Assembly: GCA_937915045.1 (NCBI GenBank) | Contig: CALDNM010000001.1 | Coordinates: forward strand, 1 to 35,398 | Source of the DNA: an uncultured Clostridia bacterium | GTDB taxonomy: Bacteria; Bacillota; Clostridia; Peptostreptococcales; Anaerovoracaceae | DNA length: 35,398 nucleotides | Reading direction: 5' to 3' | Shown here: positions 1 to 8,883 of the stretch, piece by piece | Layout of the letters: every line of letters begins with the position of its first letter | Numbering within the stretch: the first letter of the stretch is position 1 | Made by a program: the position numbers and the translations under genes | The notes under the pieces: model-generated | What the model saw: only the letters and a program-made list of their open reading frames with translations | What the model was told of the DNA's origin: nothing | Databases searched by the model: none

Positions 1-7
1 TATTAAA

Positions 8-844
8 TTGGCAAAGCGAGCCCTTGAAATCTGTCGCACTTATAAAAAGAAAATCGATCGGCTGCTTCCCATGCTCGGGGAAGGAACACTTGAGCGCTGG
101 TCATCTAGTGGCGTCAAACGACATTACTGCAATATCACTCGCGATGGGAAACGGACTCGGATCTCTATTGACCCAGCTTGTGAAGGCTCAAACAAACTTA
201 TAGAAAACCTCACGAACAAAGCTATCCTGAAAAAGGCTGATAAAATCGTAACGGAAGATATTATCGCGCTGGAACGTTTTTTGAAGCACTTCAAAATTTG
301 TGATCCTGTCTCACTGAGGCGGACACTTAGCCAAGCATATGATTCTGACGATGTGGATATTTCCAAGTCTTTTATGAGCATCGATATCGACCCGAATGCC
401 TGGCGACATGCGTCGTATGAAAAAAATACTGCATTTGGCGAGAACCTGAAACATCATACCAGTACGCATGAAAAAGTGCGGTCAAAGTCTGAAGCCATGA
501 TATATGAAGCACTCATTGACCGCGATGTGGATTTTCGATATGAGTGTAAGCTGGTCCTTGAATCGAAGAACTCCTGTGGACAGATCGTATCGCGGCGTAC
601 TGTTTTTCCTGATTTTACTATACTGCGGACGTCGGACAGGCGTGAACTTATCTACGAGCATTTTGGAAGAATGGACGATCCCACATACATGCGTAAAGCG
701 CTTACAAAAATCGATGATTATATAAAGGCAGGGTATTACCCGGGGATCAATTTTATCATGACATGGGAAACAGCTGACCAGCCGTTCACATCAGCAAATG
801 CCGCAGAAGTCCTCGATTATTATTTGGGTAAAAAGGTGAAATAA
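8..844 (+). CDS. PD-(D/E)XK nuclease-fold protein, TnsA-N-terminal-like; possibly 5' partial
   Basis: 837-nt ORF. The listed start is TTG and the frame stays open back to position 2, so the true N-terminus may lie upstream of the window. The pattern RSKSEAMIYEAL ... FPDFTIL ... ELIYEHFG ... FIMTWE resembles the E/D/E core of restriction-endonuclease-like (TnsA_N type) proteins. No search run. Confidence 0.5.
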   Translation: MAKRALEICRTYKKKIDRLLPMLGEGTLERWSSSGVKRHYCNITRDGKRTRISIDPACEGSNKLIENLTNKAILKKADKIVTEDIIALERFLKHFKICDPVSLRRTLSQAYDSDDVDISKSFMSIDIDPNAWRHASYEKNTAFGENLKHHTSTHEKVRSKSEAMIYEALIDRDVDFRYECKLVLESKNSCGQIVSRRTVFPDFTILRTSDRRELIYEHFGRMDDPTYMRKALTKIDDYIKAGYYPGINFIMTWETADQPFTSANAAEVLDYYLGKKVK

Positions 845-880
845 ATCCGCATTCGTTTTAATACAGTAACATATGTACAT

Positions 881-940
881 ATACCGGATCAATTTGCGAT
901 ATACCGGATCCTTTTGTGCTATATCTGATCCTTTTGCTGC
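881..940. repeat. Three imperfect 20-bp tandem repeats (ATACCGGATCAATTTGCGAT / ATACCGGATCCTTTTGTGCT / ATATCTGATCCTTTTGCTGC)
   Basis: Read directly. The period is exactly 20 bp, beginning 37 bp after the stop of the nuclease-like gene. It is preceded by the palindrome ATGTACAT. Confidence 0.85.
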
Positions 941-1368
941 GACGTTTTTCTTCTTACTTTTATATGTCACAGGATCCAATGGGTTCCTTGAATCTGCAGA
1001 AAATTCACTGCGGCGTTTTCCCTTATCAGCGAAAAGTGTCACAGGGATTCCAAGGCTTGAAGGGCTCAGCCTCCCGAAAGAAAGGGAAATAACGCTTATC
1101 GAGTCGAAAAACATGATCACAATTGCTCCAAAAGGCATCCGAGTCGCAAACTTTTGTGACTTTCTTCGGCATTCCTATAAACGTCGCACCTGATGCGCAT
1201 TGGCAGAGCAACTTCGCCATTACAACTGTGTCTTTATAAATACGCCAGCACAATGCAAGCATTATAAGTATGACATCACAGCCGCAGTACTATTAATAAG
1301 CATGAGCACGAACTGGATGTTGCTTTATGCCGCTTCGCTTCTATTCTTCGTGTCAAAAGCGATCGATA

Positions 1369-2247
1369 TCATAAAAAGGTCTCGTTCGCTTTTCTGATGT
1401 CTTTTAAAGGTGCGAACATCTCTTCGATTTTTTCCGCGAAAGTTGGCGGAAGGATCCTCGCGCCGTTCGGGCAGACCGCCGCGCATGCCATGCACTGGAT
1501 ACATTTCTTTTTATCTGTCACTATCGTGCCCATCGCCGTGATGGCGGCCCCGGTCGGACAGATCTTTCTGCACTCTCCGCATTTGACGCAGGCCGCCGTA
1601 GAGAGAGGCACTGCACTGACCGGCGTCCTCTCTTTATAAGGGCGATTCCCCGGGACTTTGACCTGGCCACAGTCCGCATTCCCAGAGTCTTCGGCGCTTC
1701 CAAAGCTTCGCGCGTTCCCAGAGTCTACGGCGCTTCCAAAGCTTCGCGCGTCACCAGAGCCGCCAGTCTCTCCGAAGTCTCCAGCATCTCCGGCGTCTCC
1801 GAGCTTTTTCAGGATATCTTCCGCGAATTTTTGTATTTCCGTAAGGTCCTCTTCATCCGGTCTTCCTGCCGCTATATCCGGCGCCATGGAATGCTGCGCG
1901 ATGAACGCTCCGGACGCTGTCACAGAAAAGCCAAGTCCCGAAAGCGTATCGTTTAGCTCGAGCAGAGCGTCCTCATATGCTCTGTTGCCATAAACAACGA
2001 GCGAGACCGCTTTCCTGCCATTGCCGCTGAGGTCCGCGATACGTTCCGATACGAGCGCCGGGATCCGACCGCCAAATACAGGAGCCGCGACAACTATGAC
2101 GTCATCTCCCGGATCATTTATCTCAAGGTCCATCTTGCCGAGGTCGATCAGTTCGACTTCTTCAGCGAGTGCGGCAGTTAACGCGCCCGCCACCTTTTTT
2201 GTGCCCCCTGTCGGGCTGAAATAGTAAAGTGATGTTTTTTTCAGCAT
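1369..2247 (-). CDS. EFR1-like flavodoxin-domain / 2x[4Fe-4S] ferredoxin-domain fusion protein
   Basis: ATG at 2247 is preceded by AGGGAGAAG; the longer ORF start at 2286 lacks an RBS. N-terminus is LYYFSPTGGTKKVA (flavodoxin-like). C-terminus has two CxxCxxCxxxCP motifs (CVKCGECRKICP, CIQCMACAAVCP). A G/D/S/A-rich repeat linker sits between the domains. Confidence 0.85.
   Translation of the reverse strand: MLKKTSLYYFSPTGGTKKVAGALTAALAEEVELIDLGKMDLEINDPGDDVIVVAAPVFGGRIPALVSERIADLSGNGRKAVSLVVYGNRAYEDALLELNDTLSGLGFSVTASGAFIAQHSMAPDIAAGRPDEEDLTEIQKFAEDILKKLGDAGDAGDFGETGGSGDARSFGSAVDSGNARSFGSAEDSGNADCGQVKVPGNRPYKERTPVSAVPLSTAACVKCGECRKICPTGAAITAMGTIVTDKKKCIQCMACAAVCPNGARILPPTFAEKIEEMFAPLKDIRKANETFL
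1679..1750. repeat. In-frame 36-bp tandem duplication (2 copies, 1 mismatch) inside the EFR1-like gene linker
   Basis: TTCCCAGAGTCTtCGGCGCTTCCAAAGCTTCGCGCG occurs at 1679-1714 and 1715-1750. It encodes ARSFGSA(V/E)DSGN twice on the minus strand. Confidence 0.9.
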
Positions 2248-2425
2248 GTCTCTTCTCCCTTTTATATGTCCCGTTTTCGCGATCACTGCTATCAGTTTTT
2301 GATCTTTTTCTATCAGCTAGTATATCACGACGTAATGATAACAGCCACGGCCCCTTATCGGGATCGCGGCTGGATCACACGAAACTGGATCGCGCAAAAT
2401 CAGGAATGCCTGTCGCGTCAACTTT

Positions 2426-3678
2426 TCACTCCGTGAACTTGACCTGGTCCACGGCTTTCCCGCCAGGCCTGTACACAGTCACTTTGAGTTCGTCCGCCGA
2501 GACATTATAGATCTCATAAGTGTTTTGATATGTCAGGAACTTCACCGCGTACGAAGGCACCGGGTCGCCTTTTTTGTAGTAATGAGTCGGCTTGTATCCG
2601 GAGTCGGCCATCATGTACGTCACGCCATTGATCGATTTCGTGCGCATGTAAAGATGCTGGTGCCCGCAGAGGGCGAGCTCCACGCCTGAACTCGCGAAAA
2701 CAGGAGACCAGTTCGCCCTGATCCTCTTGTATATCGGATTGCCGTCATCCACCGCGGGATATGCCGGGTGATGCATATAAGCGATCTTCCATTTCGCGTC
2801 CGTGCCATTAAGATCTTTCTTGAGCCACGCGTTCACAGACTTCACCATCGCGTTCCACTTCTTCCTGCCCATGCGTTCCCTGCGCTTATCCGAAAGCAGA
2901 TTGCTGTTCAGCGAAACAAAATGACAGTCTCCGTAATCAAACGAATATACTTCCTCTTCAATCCCCTTCGGCCCGTTCTCATCATCTTGAGATAGACACT
3001 CGGCACCACCGGCGTCTCATGATTCCCGGACGTCGTCATCATCGGGATCCTCGAAAAGACCGGCATCGCGTTATTGAAAAAAGCGTTCCAGTCTCTGATC
3101 TCCGTGCTGACATTTATGAGATCGCCCGTCATCAGCGAAAATTTGATCCCCGGCTCCCTCTTATAGGCGGCCGCGATATCATCGCCCCAGGCGGCATAAT
3201 CCTCATTCCGATCCACGAACTGCACATCTCCGAGTGACATAAAACTGAAATCTCCGCTTTCGATCCCCGTCGTGAACGTCCTCTTCGCTGTCCATTTGCT
3301 GCCCGCTCCGATAATGTAGTAATACTTCGTGTCCGCGGTGAGTTTTGTTATACGCGCGCTGTATCTGCAGTAATGCCCCTCGAGTGTGGTAGTTTTCTTC
3401 CCCTTCGTGAAGGAAGTCCATTTCCCGTCCTGATCGTAGTTTTTAGCTGCCGCGTACTTCACGTACATCGTGCTTCCGCTGCCTTTCCAGTTCACGTCTT
3501 GTGTAGTCTTCGTATCCCCGGACCAGCTCAGCGTTATCTGCGAAGCCTTCGTCTTCGGCGTCGAGGCCGCGTTCGCCTCGTTCGTGGCAGCATCCGCGCA
3601 GCCCGCTGTGACAAGAGCCGCGCAGATGACCGCCGCGATCATTACTGCCATTTTCAAATGTCTTTTTTCTTTGAACAT
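2426..3678 (-). pseudogene. Purple-acid-phosphatase-like metallophosphoesterase lipoprotein, interrupted by a 1-nt frameshift near 2975-2990
   Basis: Two adjacent ORFs (2908..3762 and 2426..2872) carry N- and C-terminal halves of one enzyme. Signal peptide plus lipobox (LVTAGC) follows the ATG at 3678. Motifs GDVQF, GDLIN and GNHE are in the upstream ORF; GHQH is in the downstream ORF. The downstream frame reads through upstream as ENGPKGIEEEVYSFDYGDCHFVSLNSNLLSDKRRERMGRKKW, so the frames switch around YLKMM/ENGP. Confidence 0.75.
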
Positions 3679-3694
3679 GATCTCGCCCTGTTTT

Positions 3695-5980
3695 TTATAT
3701 CCCGCTGAAACGCATAAGCCTGCTGCTGAATTTGAATTCGCCGACCCACAGATAATTCCCATCGTACGCGAGGAATGTCGGCACCGAAAGCGACCCGGCT
3801 CCCGCGATCTCTATGACATCCTTCCTTTCAGGATTGCTTCCCGGGATATCCGATGAATCGTAATAATCGCTGCCGTGTCCGAGATAGCACGAAACTTCTT
3901 TGCCCGCGACCGCGTCGTCGATGCTGTCCCACATAAGGACATAATAGTTGCTCGCGTCCGCGACCATAAGCCGGCCATCGCTTGTAATAACACATTCCGT
4001 CGCGTTGTTGAAGCTGCTGAACTCACCGCCTATCGTGTATCCATCGATAGTCCGCTTCGTGATATTCGAAAGATCACTGATATCGTATACGCCCACATGT
4101 TTGCACATACCTCCGTCCTCGCCTGTCCTCGCGACTGTCAGCACCTTGCCGCTGCTTGCGAGCGTGCCGCTGATACCATTGATCACAGCGACAGGCTTCG
4201 TGGTCTTGCCCGGTATCTTGCTGTAGATATACACCTTGTTCGTATTGCTGTCAGAAATGAAGAAATGATCGTCATCCATCGCGATGCCGTTTATCCCTTT
4301 CATTACTACTGACCCTATCTTGCCGCTGACAAGCGTGTTCCATTTCCTGCCTGTAGTCGGCAGCTTGTTCCAGATCATCAGACTGTGGTCAGTGGACACG
4401 ATAAGCTTCTGCCCTCTCAGGATCACGTCTGTCGGTGTCATGAGCGGATCCATGCTGTAGACAACGTCGGCCTTGACCGCCGAGGAGTCCGGGATATTCT
4501 TCCAGATCGAAAGAGTCAGATCGAACTCAGACACTGCCACCAGGCTCTTGCCGTCTGTCGCGACATTCGGGTTCTGGATCAGACCGTTCGTCAGAAGCGA
4601 ATTATTATTGATCGTCCCGCTCAGAGCGAACGAAGGATGTGCTGTTTTCTTCGTCGGCATACCCTTGAACGCTACTATTTTGTTGGCGTTATAGAGCGCC
4701 GCGTAAAGTCTCCCTTTCGCGTATAAGCACTGATTGAAGTCGCCTGTCGCGAAGTAGTAATATTTATTTTCCCCATTGTGCGATATCCCGTTTCCTATCG
4801 TAAGTTTCGGTTTTCTCAGAGCCGAAGCCGATTTCGGAAGCGATTTATATATGTAGAGCCGTCCTGAATGCATGAGCACAAGTTTGCCGTTCACTATGCA
4901 CCCGCCCGGCTGATCTCCGTCCATGGCGCACTGAAAATCCTGCGTATCGCTGCTGCTCTTCGGGAACGATGTCCAGACGCGGCAGCCTGTTCCGACAGAC
5001 ATATTGTGATCGCCTACCAGCAGATACTTTCCGTCAGACACGATCGTACGCGGTGTCCCGCCGGTCTCGATGACGAAATCAGCGCGCTGATCCGAGCTTT
5101 CCGGCATCGTATTCCACACTATCAGCTGCCCGGATCTCGTGTTTGTCACGACAAGTTTTTCTCCATTCGTCCATACCGCCCACGGCCACATTACGCAGTC
5201 ATCGCTGCCATCTCCGTACATCGAGATGGCGAAATCCGCTGCCTGCCCGCTGCTCGTCGGGATGGTGTTCCATACGAGTATCCTGTTATTGTGCGTATCC
5301 GCCACGTAGAGTCTGCCCTTCGCGGTCGCGACTCCGACAGGCCAGTTCATCTGCGAAAGGCCGTAACCCGCATTACTGCTTTTGAACCCCGTCTGTCCAA
5401 GGACTACCGACGGCGCTGCTGATTTGCTCGTCGGGATCTTATCGTAGATCAGGACGCGGTTGTTCCAGCTGTCGCACACAAAGAATCTCGTCCCGTCCGT
5501 GGCGATGCCGTTTGGATGATTGTAAGTAGTCGCGTTTTTCGCTTTGTTGATCCCGAAGCTGGAAAGCGCCAGATCGGCGTTCTGCCCGTTCGTGAAAGAA
5601 GACGTCACGTTTCCGGGCGCCACAGGGTAAGAGTTATTTTTATTTACAGTAACGGTGTATTTTGTATAGTCCTTCACGTGGACGTTACACGTGTATGTCT
5701 TCCCGCTCAGTTTCGCGCGGACTTTGGCCGTCCCGGCTCCGACAGCTGAGACAAGGCCTTTTTGGGTAACTGCAGCCACATTTTTATTCGATGATGACCA
5801 CTTCGGAGTCCTGCTCGTCCCTTCGAGTTCAAGCGGCTGACTGCCGCCGACATAGAGGTTTATTTTACTCGCGAGTGAAATAGACGCAGCGCTGACATTC
5901 GTACCGGCCGCGCAGGTGAAAACCAACGTCATGCATAACGCTAATATAGCAAATGCACTCATCTTCAGGATCTTTTTCAT
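3695..5980 (-). CDS. Secreted Big_2 (Ig-like) domain + NHL-repeat beta-propeller protein
   Basis: ATG at 5980 is preceded by GGGAGGA. The signal peptide ends in SAAS. There is a Big_2-like segment (KWSSSNKNVAAVTQKGLVSAVGAGTAKVRA). Repeated NHL-type motifs are present (CDSWNNRVLIYD, VADTHNNRILVWN, ISDSNTNKVYIYS). Confidence 0.8.
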   Translation of the reverse strand: MKKILKMSAFAILALCMTLVFTCAAGTNVSAASISLASKINLYVGGSQPLELEGTSRTPKWSSSNKNVAAVTQKGLVSAVGAGTAKVRAKLSGKTYTCNVHVKDYTKYTVTVNKNNSYPVAPGNVTSSFTNGQNADLALSSFGINKAKNATTYNHPNGIATDGTRFFVCDSWNNRVLIYDKIPTSKSAAPSVVLGQTGFKSSNAGYGLSQMNWPVGVATAKGRLYVADTHNNRILVWNTIPTSSGQAADFAISMYGDGSDDCVMWPWAVWTNGEKLVVTNTRSGQLIVWNTMPESSDQRADFVIETGGTPRTIVSDGKYLLVGDHNMSVGTGCRVWTSFPKSSSDTQDFQCAMDGDQPGGCIVNGKLVLMHSGRLYIYKSLPKSASALRKPKLTIGNGISHNGENKYYYFATGDFNQCLYAKGRLYAALYNANKIVAFKGMPTKKTAHPSFALSGTINNNSLLTNGLIQNPNVATDGKSLVAVSEFDLTLSIWKNIPDSSAVKADVVYSMDPLMTPTDVILRGQKLIVSTDHSLMIWNKLPTTGRKWNTLVSGKIGSVVMKGINGIAMDDDHFFISDSNTNKVYIYSKIPGKTTKPVAVINGISGTLASSGKVLTVARTGEDGGMCKHVGVYDISDLSNITKRTIDGYTIGGEFSSFNNATECVITSDGRLMVADASNYYVLMWDSIDDAVAGKEVSCYLGHGSDYYDSSDIPGSNPERKDVIEIAGAGSLSVPTFLAYDGNYLWVGEFKFSSRLMRFSGI

Positions 5981-6139
5981 CTCGATTCCTCCCAACAATG
6001 AATAAGAGAATGCTCCTGTGCCTCATACAAATATGGATGTGTGATTTGCTATATTGTACTATATTAACTGAATTTTCGCAATATTATTCAGCCCCGCGCC
6101 GCGAGGGCACAGGGCTTGCTGATTTCTGCTCTGTTTCAT

Positions 6140-6898
6140 CTATCTACTAGGATTTTTTATATAGAGCTCGCCCTCCGAATCATATCCGCTGAGCGTGTAA
6201 AGGATGCAGAGCTCGGATCTCTCATATGTAAAATCCGCCGTTACCGTTTTATCCGACATGCTCTCCGGCTCCTGGAAGCTGTATGTGAGCGTCCGTGTTT
6301 CGCCCGGGGAGAAGCCGTCCTCATTCGCGTAGCACGAGATCTTCTGCGGATCATGCGCGCTCGTATCTGAAATAAACGATCCCGAACCCGTAGTCACTAT
6401 AGTTTTCGTGCACTTATTATACAGCGTGAACGCGATTGAAGACTGCGCAGCCGCGTCAGCATTCAGCACGAACTTCGCTTCATAATACAAAGCGCTCGTA
6501 GCCTTAGCGTGGTCACTGATGCCTGCATAACTCCAGATAGTCTTTCCTCCGGAATATTTATATGCCTTCATTTTATAGTAATATGTTTTTCCGGCCGTCA
6601 GTTTTGTGCTTTTCCAGGAAGTCGTGCTTCCCTTTGTTATCGTTTTGACTTTCTTGTATGTCCCATTTTTCTTGGTCGCTCGATAGATCCTGTAACCCTT
6701 CGCCTTGGATACTTTCTTCCATTTGACCACTATCGAACTATTTGAATTCGCCAAAGCTGTCACGACAGGTGCCGCCGGTCTGCTTGCCGCCGATACATCT
6801 TTCGCGAGAAGCGGTGTCCACAGCATCGCCAGCGACACAACGACCGCCAGCATTACTGCACTGCCTGATCTTAGCCTTCTTCCCATTTTCTCGTTCAT
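6140..6898 (-). CDS. Secreted fibronectin-type-III domain protein
   Basis: ATG at 6898 with GAGGTGAGG RBS and a signal peptide. FN3-like segment: IVVKWKKVSKAKGYRIYRATKKNGTYKKV...GKTYYYKMKAY. Confidence 0.75.
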   Translation of the reverse strand: MNEKMGRRLRSGSAVMLAVVVSLAMLWTPLLAKDVSAASRPAAPVVTALANSNSSIVVKWKKVSKAKGYRIYRATKKNGTYKKVKTITKGSTTSWKSTKLTAGKTYYYKMKAYKYSGGKTIWSYAGISDHAKATSALYYEAKFVLNADAAAQSSIAFTLYNKCTKTIVTTGSGSFISDTSAHDPQKISCYANEDGFSPGETRTLTYSFQEPESMSDKTVTADFTYERSELCILYTLSGYDSEGELYIKNPSR

Positions 6899-7030
6899 AT
6901 CCTCACCTCATCTTCCGCGCTTTGCTAAATGATTTAGAGTAAGTATATCACGCGTCATCCCGGCATCATACACTCTTTCGTGTAGGCCGGCCCGAACAAC
7001 ACTAGCAATGGCACAAACTGCTTTTCCCCT

Positions 7031-7840
7031 TCAGCCCTCGTGCTGCTTGTTTCTCATTTCCTGCAGCGACTCTCTCAGATGCGCCCCGACTCTGATCACG
7101 CGGCGGCCCGATCTGTCCTCCGGAAATTTTCTGATGCATCTGGCGATATGCCGCTGGCGTCCGTTCAGATCCGCGGCCAGAGCGTCCGCGCGCTCGCGCA
7201 GTTCATCCTCGATCCCATTTAGTTTTGTCTCGAGCTGCTGAGGTTTATTGCTGATATTCTCATACGCCGCCTCTCCGCGCTCAGTGAATTCTTTTTCACT
7301 GTTTTCGATTTTCTGCAGTAATGCCGAAAGGCTCGCTTCGGTCAGTGCCATGTCCGCGCCGAGCATCCCTATGAACGCGAGCGCGACCGCCTCAAAGACC
7401 AGCGGAGGGACCTGCGACTGCACCCCAGACAGGACGGGGATCATCCAGCGAACGAGCGCGATACCGACAAGTCCGAAACAAACCGTTACTGGCAGGCAGA
7501 TACGGCCATTTATATTCAGCGGCATCTTGCTGTAATCCCACCACCTCGCGTGGAATCTCTTTTCGAGATAATACGACGTCCCGTACTCGGCGAACGCGCT
7601 GCCAACGGCGCAGATCAGGAACAGCTCCCACAGCGGCATGGACGCGGCAGTCAGCCAGTCCACACGCGTGAACAGAAACATCCCCACCACAACGCTGGCT
7701 CCGTAGATCGGGCAGATCGGCCCGAACAGGAAATCCCTGTTGGAAAAGTGTTTCTCCTTCGCCGTGCAATATATGGTTTCCCAGATCCAGCCCAGGAAAC
7801 TGAAGATTATAAAAAATGTTACGTACTGTGAAATAATCAT
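7031..7840 (-). CDS. CmpB-like ('putative ABC-transporter type IV', PF06541-like) membrane protein with coiled-coil C-terminal extension
   Basis: N-terminus FFIIFSFLGWIWETIYC...GPICPIYG is typical of that family. There are several TM segments. No SD, but a TATAAT lies 7 nt upstream of the ATG. Confidence 0.65.
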   Translation of the reverse strand: MIISQYVTFFIIFSFLGWIWETIYCTAKEKHFSNRDFLFGPICPIYGASVVVGMFLFTRVDWLTAASMPLWELFLICAVGSAFAEYGTSYYLEKRFHARWWDYSKMPLNINGRICLPVTVCFGLVGIALVRWMIPVLSGVQSQVPPLVFEAVALAFIGMLGADMALTEASLSALLQKIENSEKEFTERGEAAYENISNKPQQLETKLNGIEDELRERADALAADLNGRQRHIARCIRKFPEDRSGRRVIRVGAHLRESLQEMRNKQHEG

Positions 7841-7916
7841 GCGACCATTATACTATACTACTGCCATCCGCGTCATCCGCTGTTTGCCATTTATTGTTCG
7901 ATCTTTGACATGATCG

Positions 7917-8060
7917 TTACTTTTTCTTCTCGGCCACACGAACTACAGCCACAAGTATCACGCCAAGCAGAAGGCCAAGAGCGCACCAAAACAAAAGGCT
8001 CTTCCAGCCTATCACCATCAGCGCGAACAGGATGAATACTATTATAAAAAACCATTTCAT
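7917..8060 (-). CDS. Small (47 aa) two-TM membrane protein
   Basis: ATG at 8060 with GGAGGGG RBS. The peptide is hydrophobic: MKWFFIIVFILFALMVIGW...VAVVRVAEKKK. Confidence 0.45.
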   Translation of the reverse strand: MKWFFIIVFILFALMVIGWKSLLFWCALGLLLGVILVAVVRVAEKKK

Positions 8061-8112
8061 AGTGCCCCTCCGAAATACCTTAATACCTTGCGAACAAGAG
8101 ATCACTGCCCGG

Positions 8113-8170
8113 TCATAATTTTCTGATCCAAGAAATCATAATTCCCTGATCCATGAAGTCATAATTCCCT
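8113..8170. repeat. 23-bp tandem repeat, about 2.5 copies (TCATAATTyyCTGATCCAwGAAr)
   Basis: Copies at 8113-8135 and 8136-8158, plus a partial copy at 8159-8170. Read directly. Confidence 0.85.
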
Positions 8171-8191
8171 TAGCGTCTTTATTTTATTATA

Positions 8192-8399
8192 TAGTAATGG
8201 AGAAAATAGTGGGGCCTGGTTTTTACGCGCTCTTTCCGTGCCGCTGCCAGGAGAAAGTGTCTGAATGTCACAATGATTTCAACGTTTTCCATTTTGTAGT
8301 AATGGTGAAATAGTGGGCCTGGTTTTTACGCGCTCTTTCTGTGCCGCTGTCAGGAGAAAGTGTCTGAATGTCACAATGATTTCAACGTTTTCCATTTTA
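8192..8399. repeat. Tandem duplication of a ~104-bp unit (105 + 103 nt)
   Basis: Units 8192-8296 and 8297-8399 align with a few mismatches or indels (TAGTAATGG..GGCCTGGTTTTTACGCGCTCTTTC..GAATGTCACAATGATTTCAACGTTTTCCATTTT). Confidence 0.9.
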
Positions 8400-8463
8400 T
8401 TCCATTTTTCTCGTGCCATTCGCCATTGTTTCGGCCCTTTTGTCAGCTTATTTTCAACGTTTC
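8367..8463. repeat. 97-nt dispersed direct repeat, copy A (overlaps the end of the 104-bp tandem)
   Basis: 92/97 identical, by hand alignment, to 12083-12179 in the same orientation. Confidence 0.9.
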
Positions 8464-8568
8464 TAGGGCCTCGCTTTCAAAATACCGGTAAAAACGCCTG
8501 AAAACAGCCATGATACGGAATTTCAAAGGATCAAATCGCGCAAACTCGTTGAATTGACTGACATTACT

Positions 8569-8725
8569 GCCGACTTCCGCCTCAGTGTCAACGATCCTGC
8601 CCATGCCGTAAAGCAGTTACAGCAATTCACGACTTGACGCCGACTTCTGCCGACTTCACACCGACTTCACACCGACTTGACGCCAACTTGACGCCGACTT
8701 CCGCCTCAGTGTCAACGATCCTGCC
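8569..8725. repeat. Seven tandem ~11-bp units (8630-8705; CGACTT[C/G]AC[A/G]C) bracketed by identical 33-nt direct repeats (8569-8601 and 8693-8725)
   Basis: Units: cgacttgacgc, cgacttctgc, cgacttcacac, cgacttcacac, cgacttgacgc, caacttgacgc, cgacttccgcc. The 33-mer GCCGACTTCCGCCTCAGTGTCAACGATCCTGCC occurs twice. Confidence 0.9.
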
Positions 8726-8794
8726 TGCAACGGAAATCAGCGCATATCGCAATATAAGAAGCGCCATGTATATCAGAATATTCTGTGAACTGCA

Positions 8795-8823
8795 TTGACA
8801 CTGAAAATCACTTACTGTAAGAT
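8795..8823 (+). promoter_or_regulatory. Sigma-70-type promoter for the ammonia-lyase / CoA-transferase operon
   Basis: TTGACA (8795-8800), a 17-nt spacer, then TAAGAT (8818-8823). It lies about 60 nt upstream of the ATG at 8884. Confidence 0.55.
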
Positions 8824-8883
8824 GAATTTGATGGATGGCCGCACTGGTCAAAAACATTGGAATACACACGAAAGGAGCGAAAA

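Noticed and set aside
845-1368. ORF-track ORFs 873..1193, 791..1138, 1026..1262 and 1200..1397 in the gap after the nuclease-like gene
   Set aside because: They overlap one another on both strands. I could not recognise RBSs or motifs such as integrase or transposase fragments. I treat the region as non-coding or degraded.
6090-6125. Hairpin AGCCC...GGGCT after the FN3 gene as a terminator
   Set aside because: The stem is short with a large loop and no U-tract on the minus strand. The evidence is insufficient.
8313-8501. 62-aa ORF, and short minus-strand MENVEIIVTFRHFLL... ORFs, inside the 104-bp repeats
   Set aside because: There are no Shine-Dalgarno sequences. The copies diverge by frame-breaking indels, and the third copy (12083-12179) truncates the peptide after 15 codons.
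8192-8725. Possible CRISPR array
   Set aside because: The repeats are directly tandem (104 bp, 23 bp, 11 bp) with no unique spacers of regular length between them. No cas genes are in the window.
8627-8869. ORF-track ORF translating the 11-bp repeat array into AEVGVKS-like repeats
   Set aside because: An 11-bp unit cannot maintain a reading frame as a genuine coding repeat. There is no RBS, and the ORF runs antisense through the predicted promoter region.
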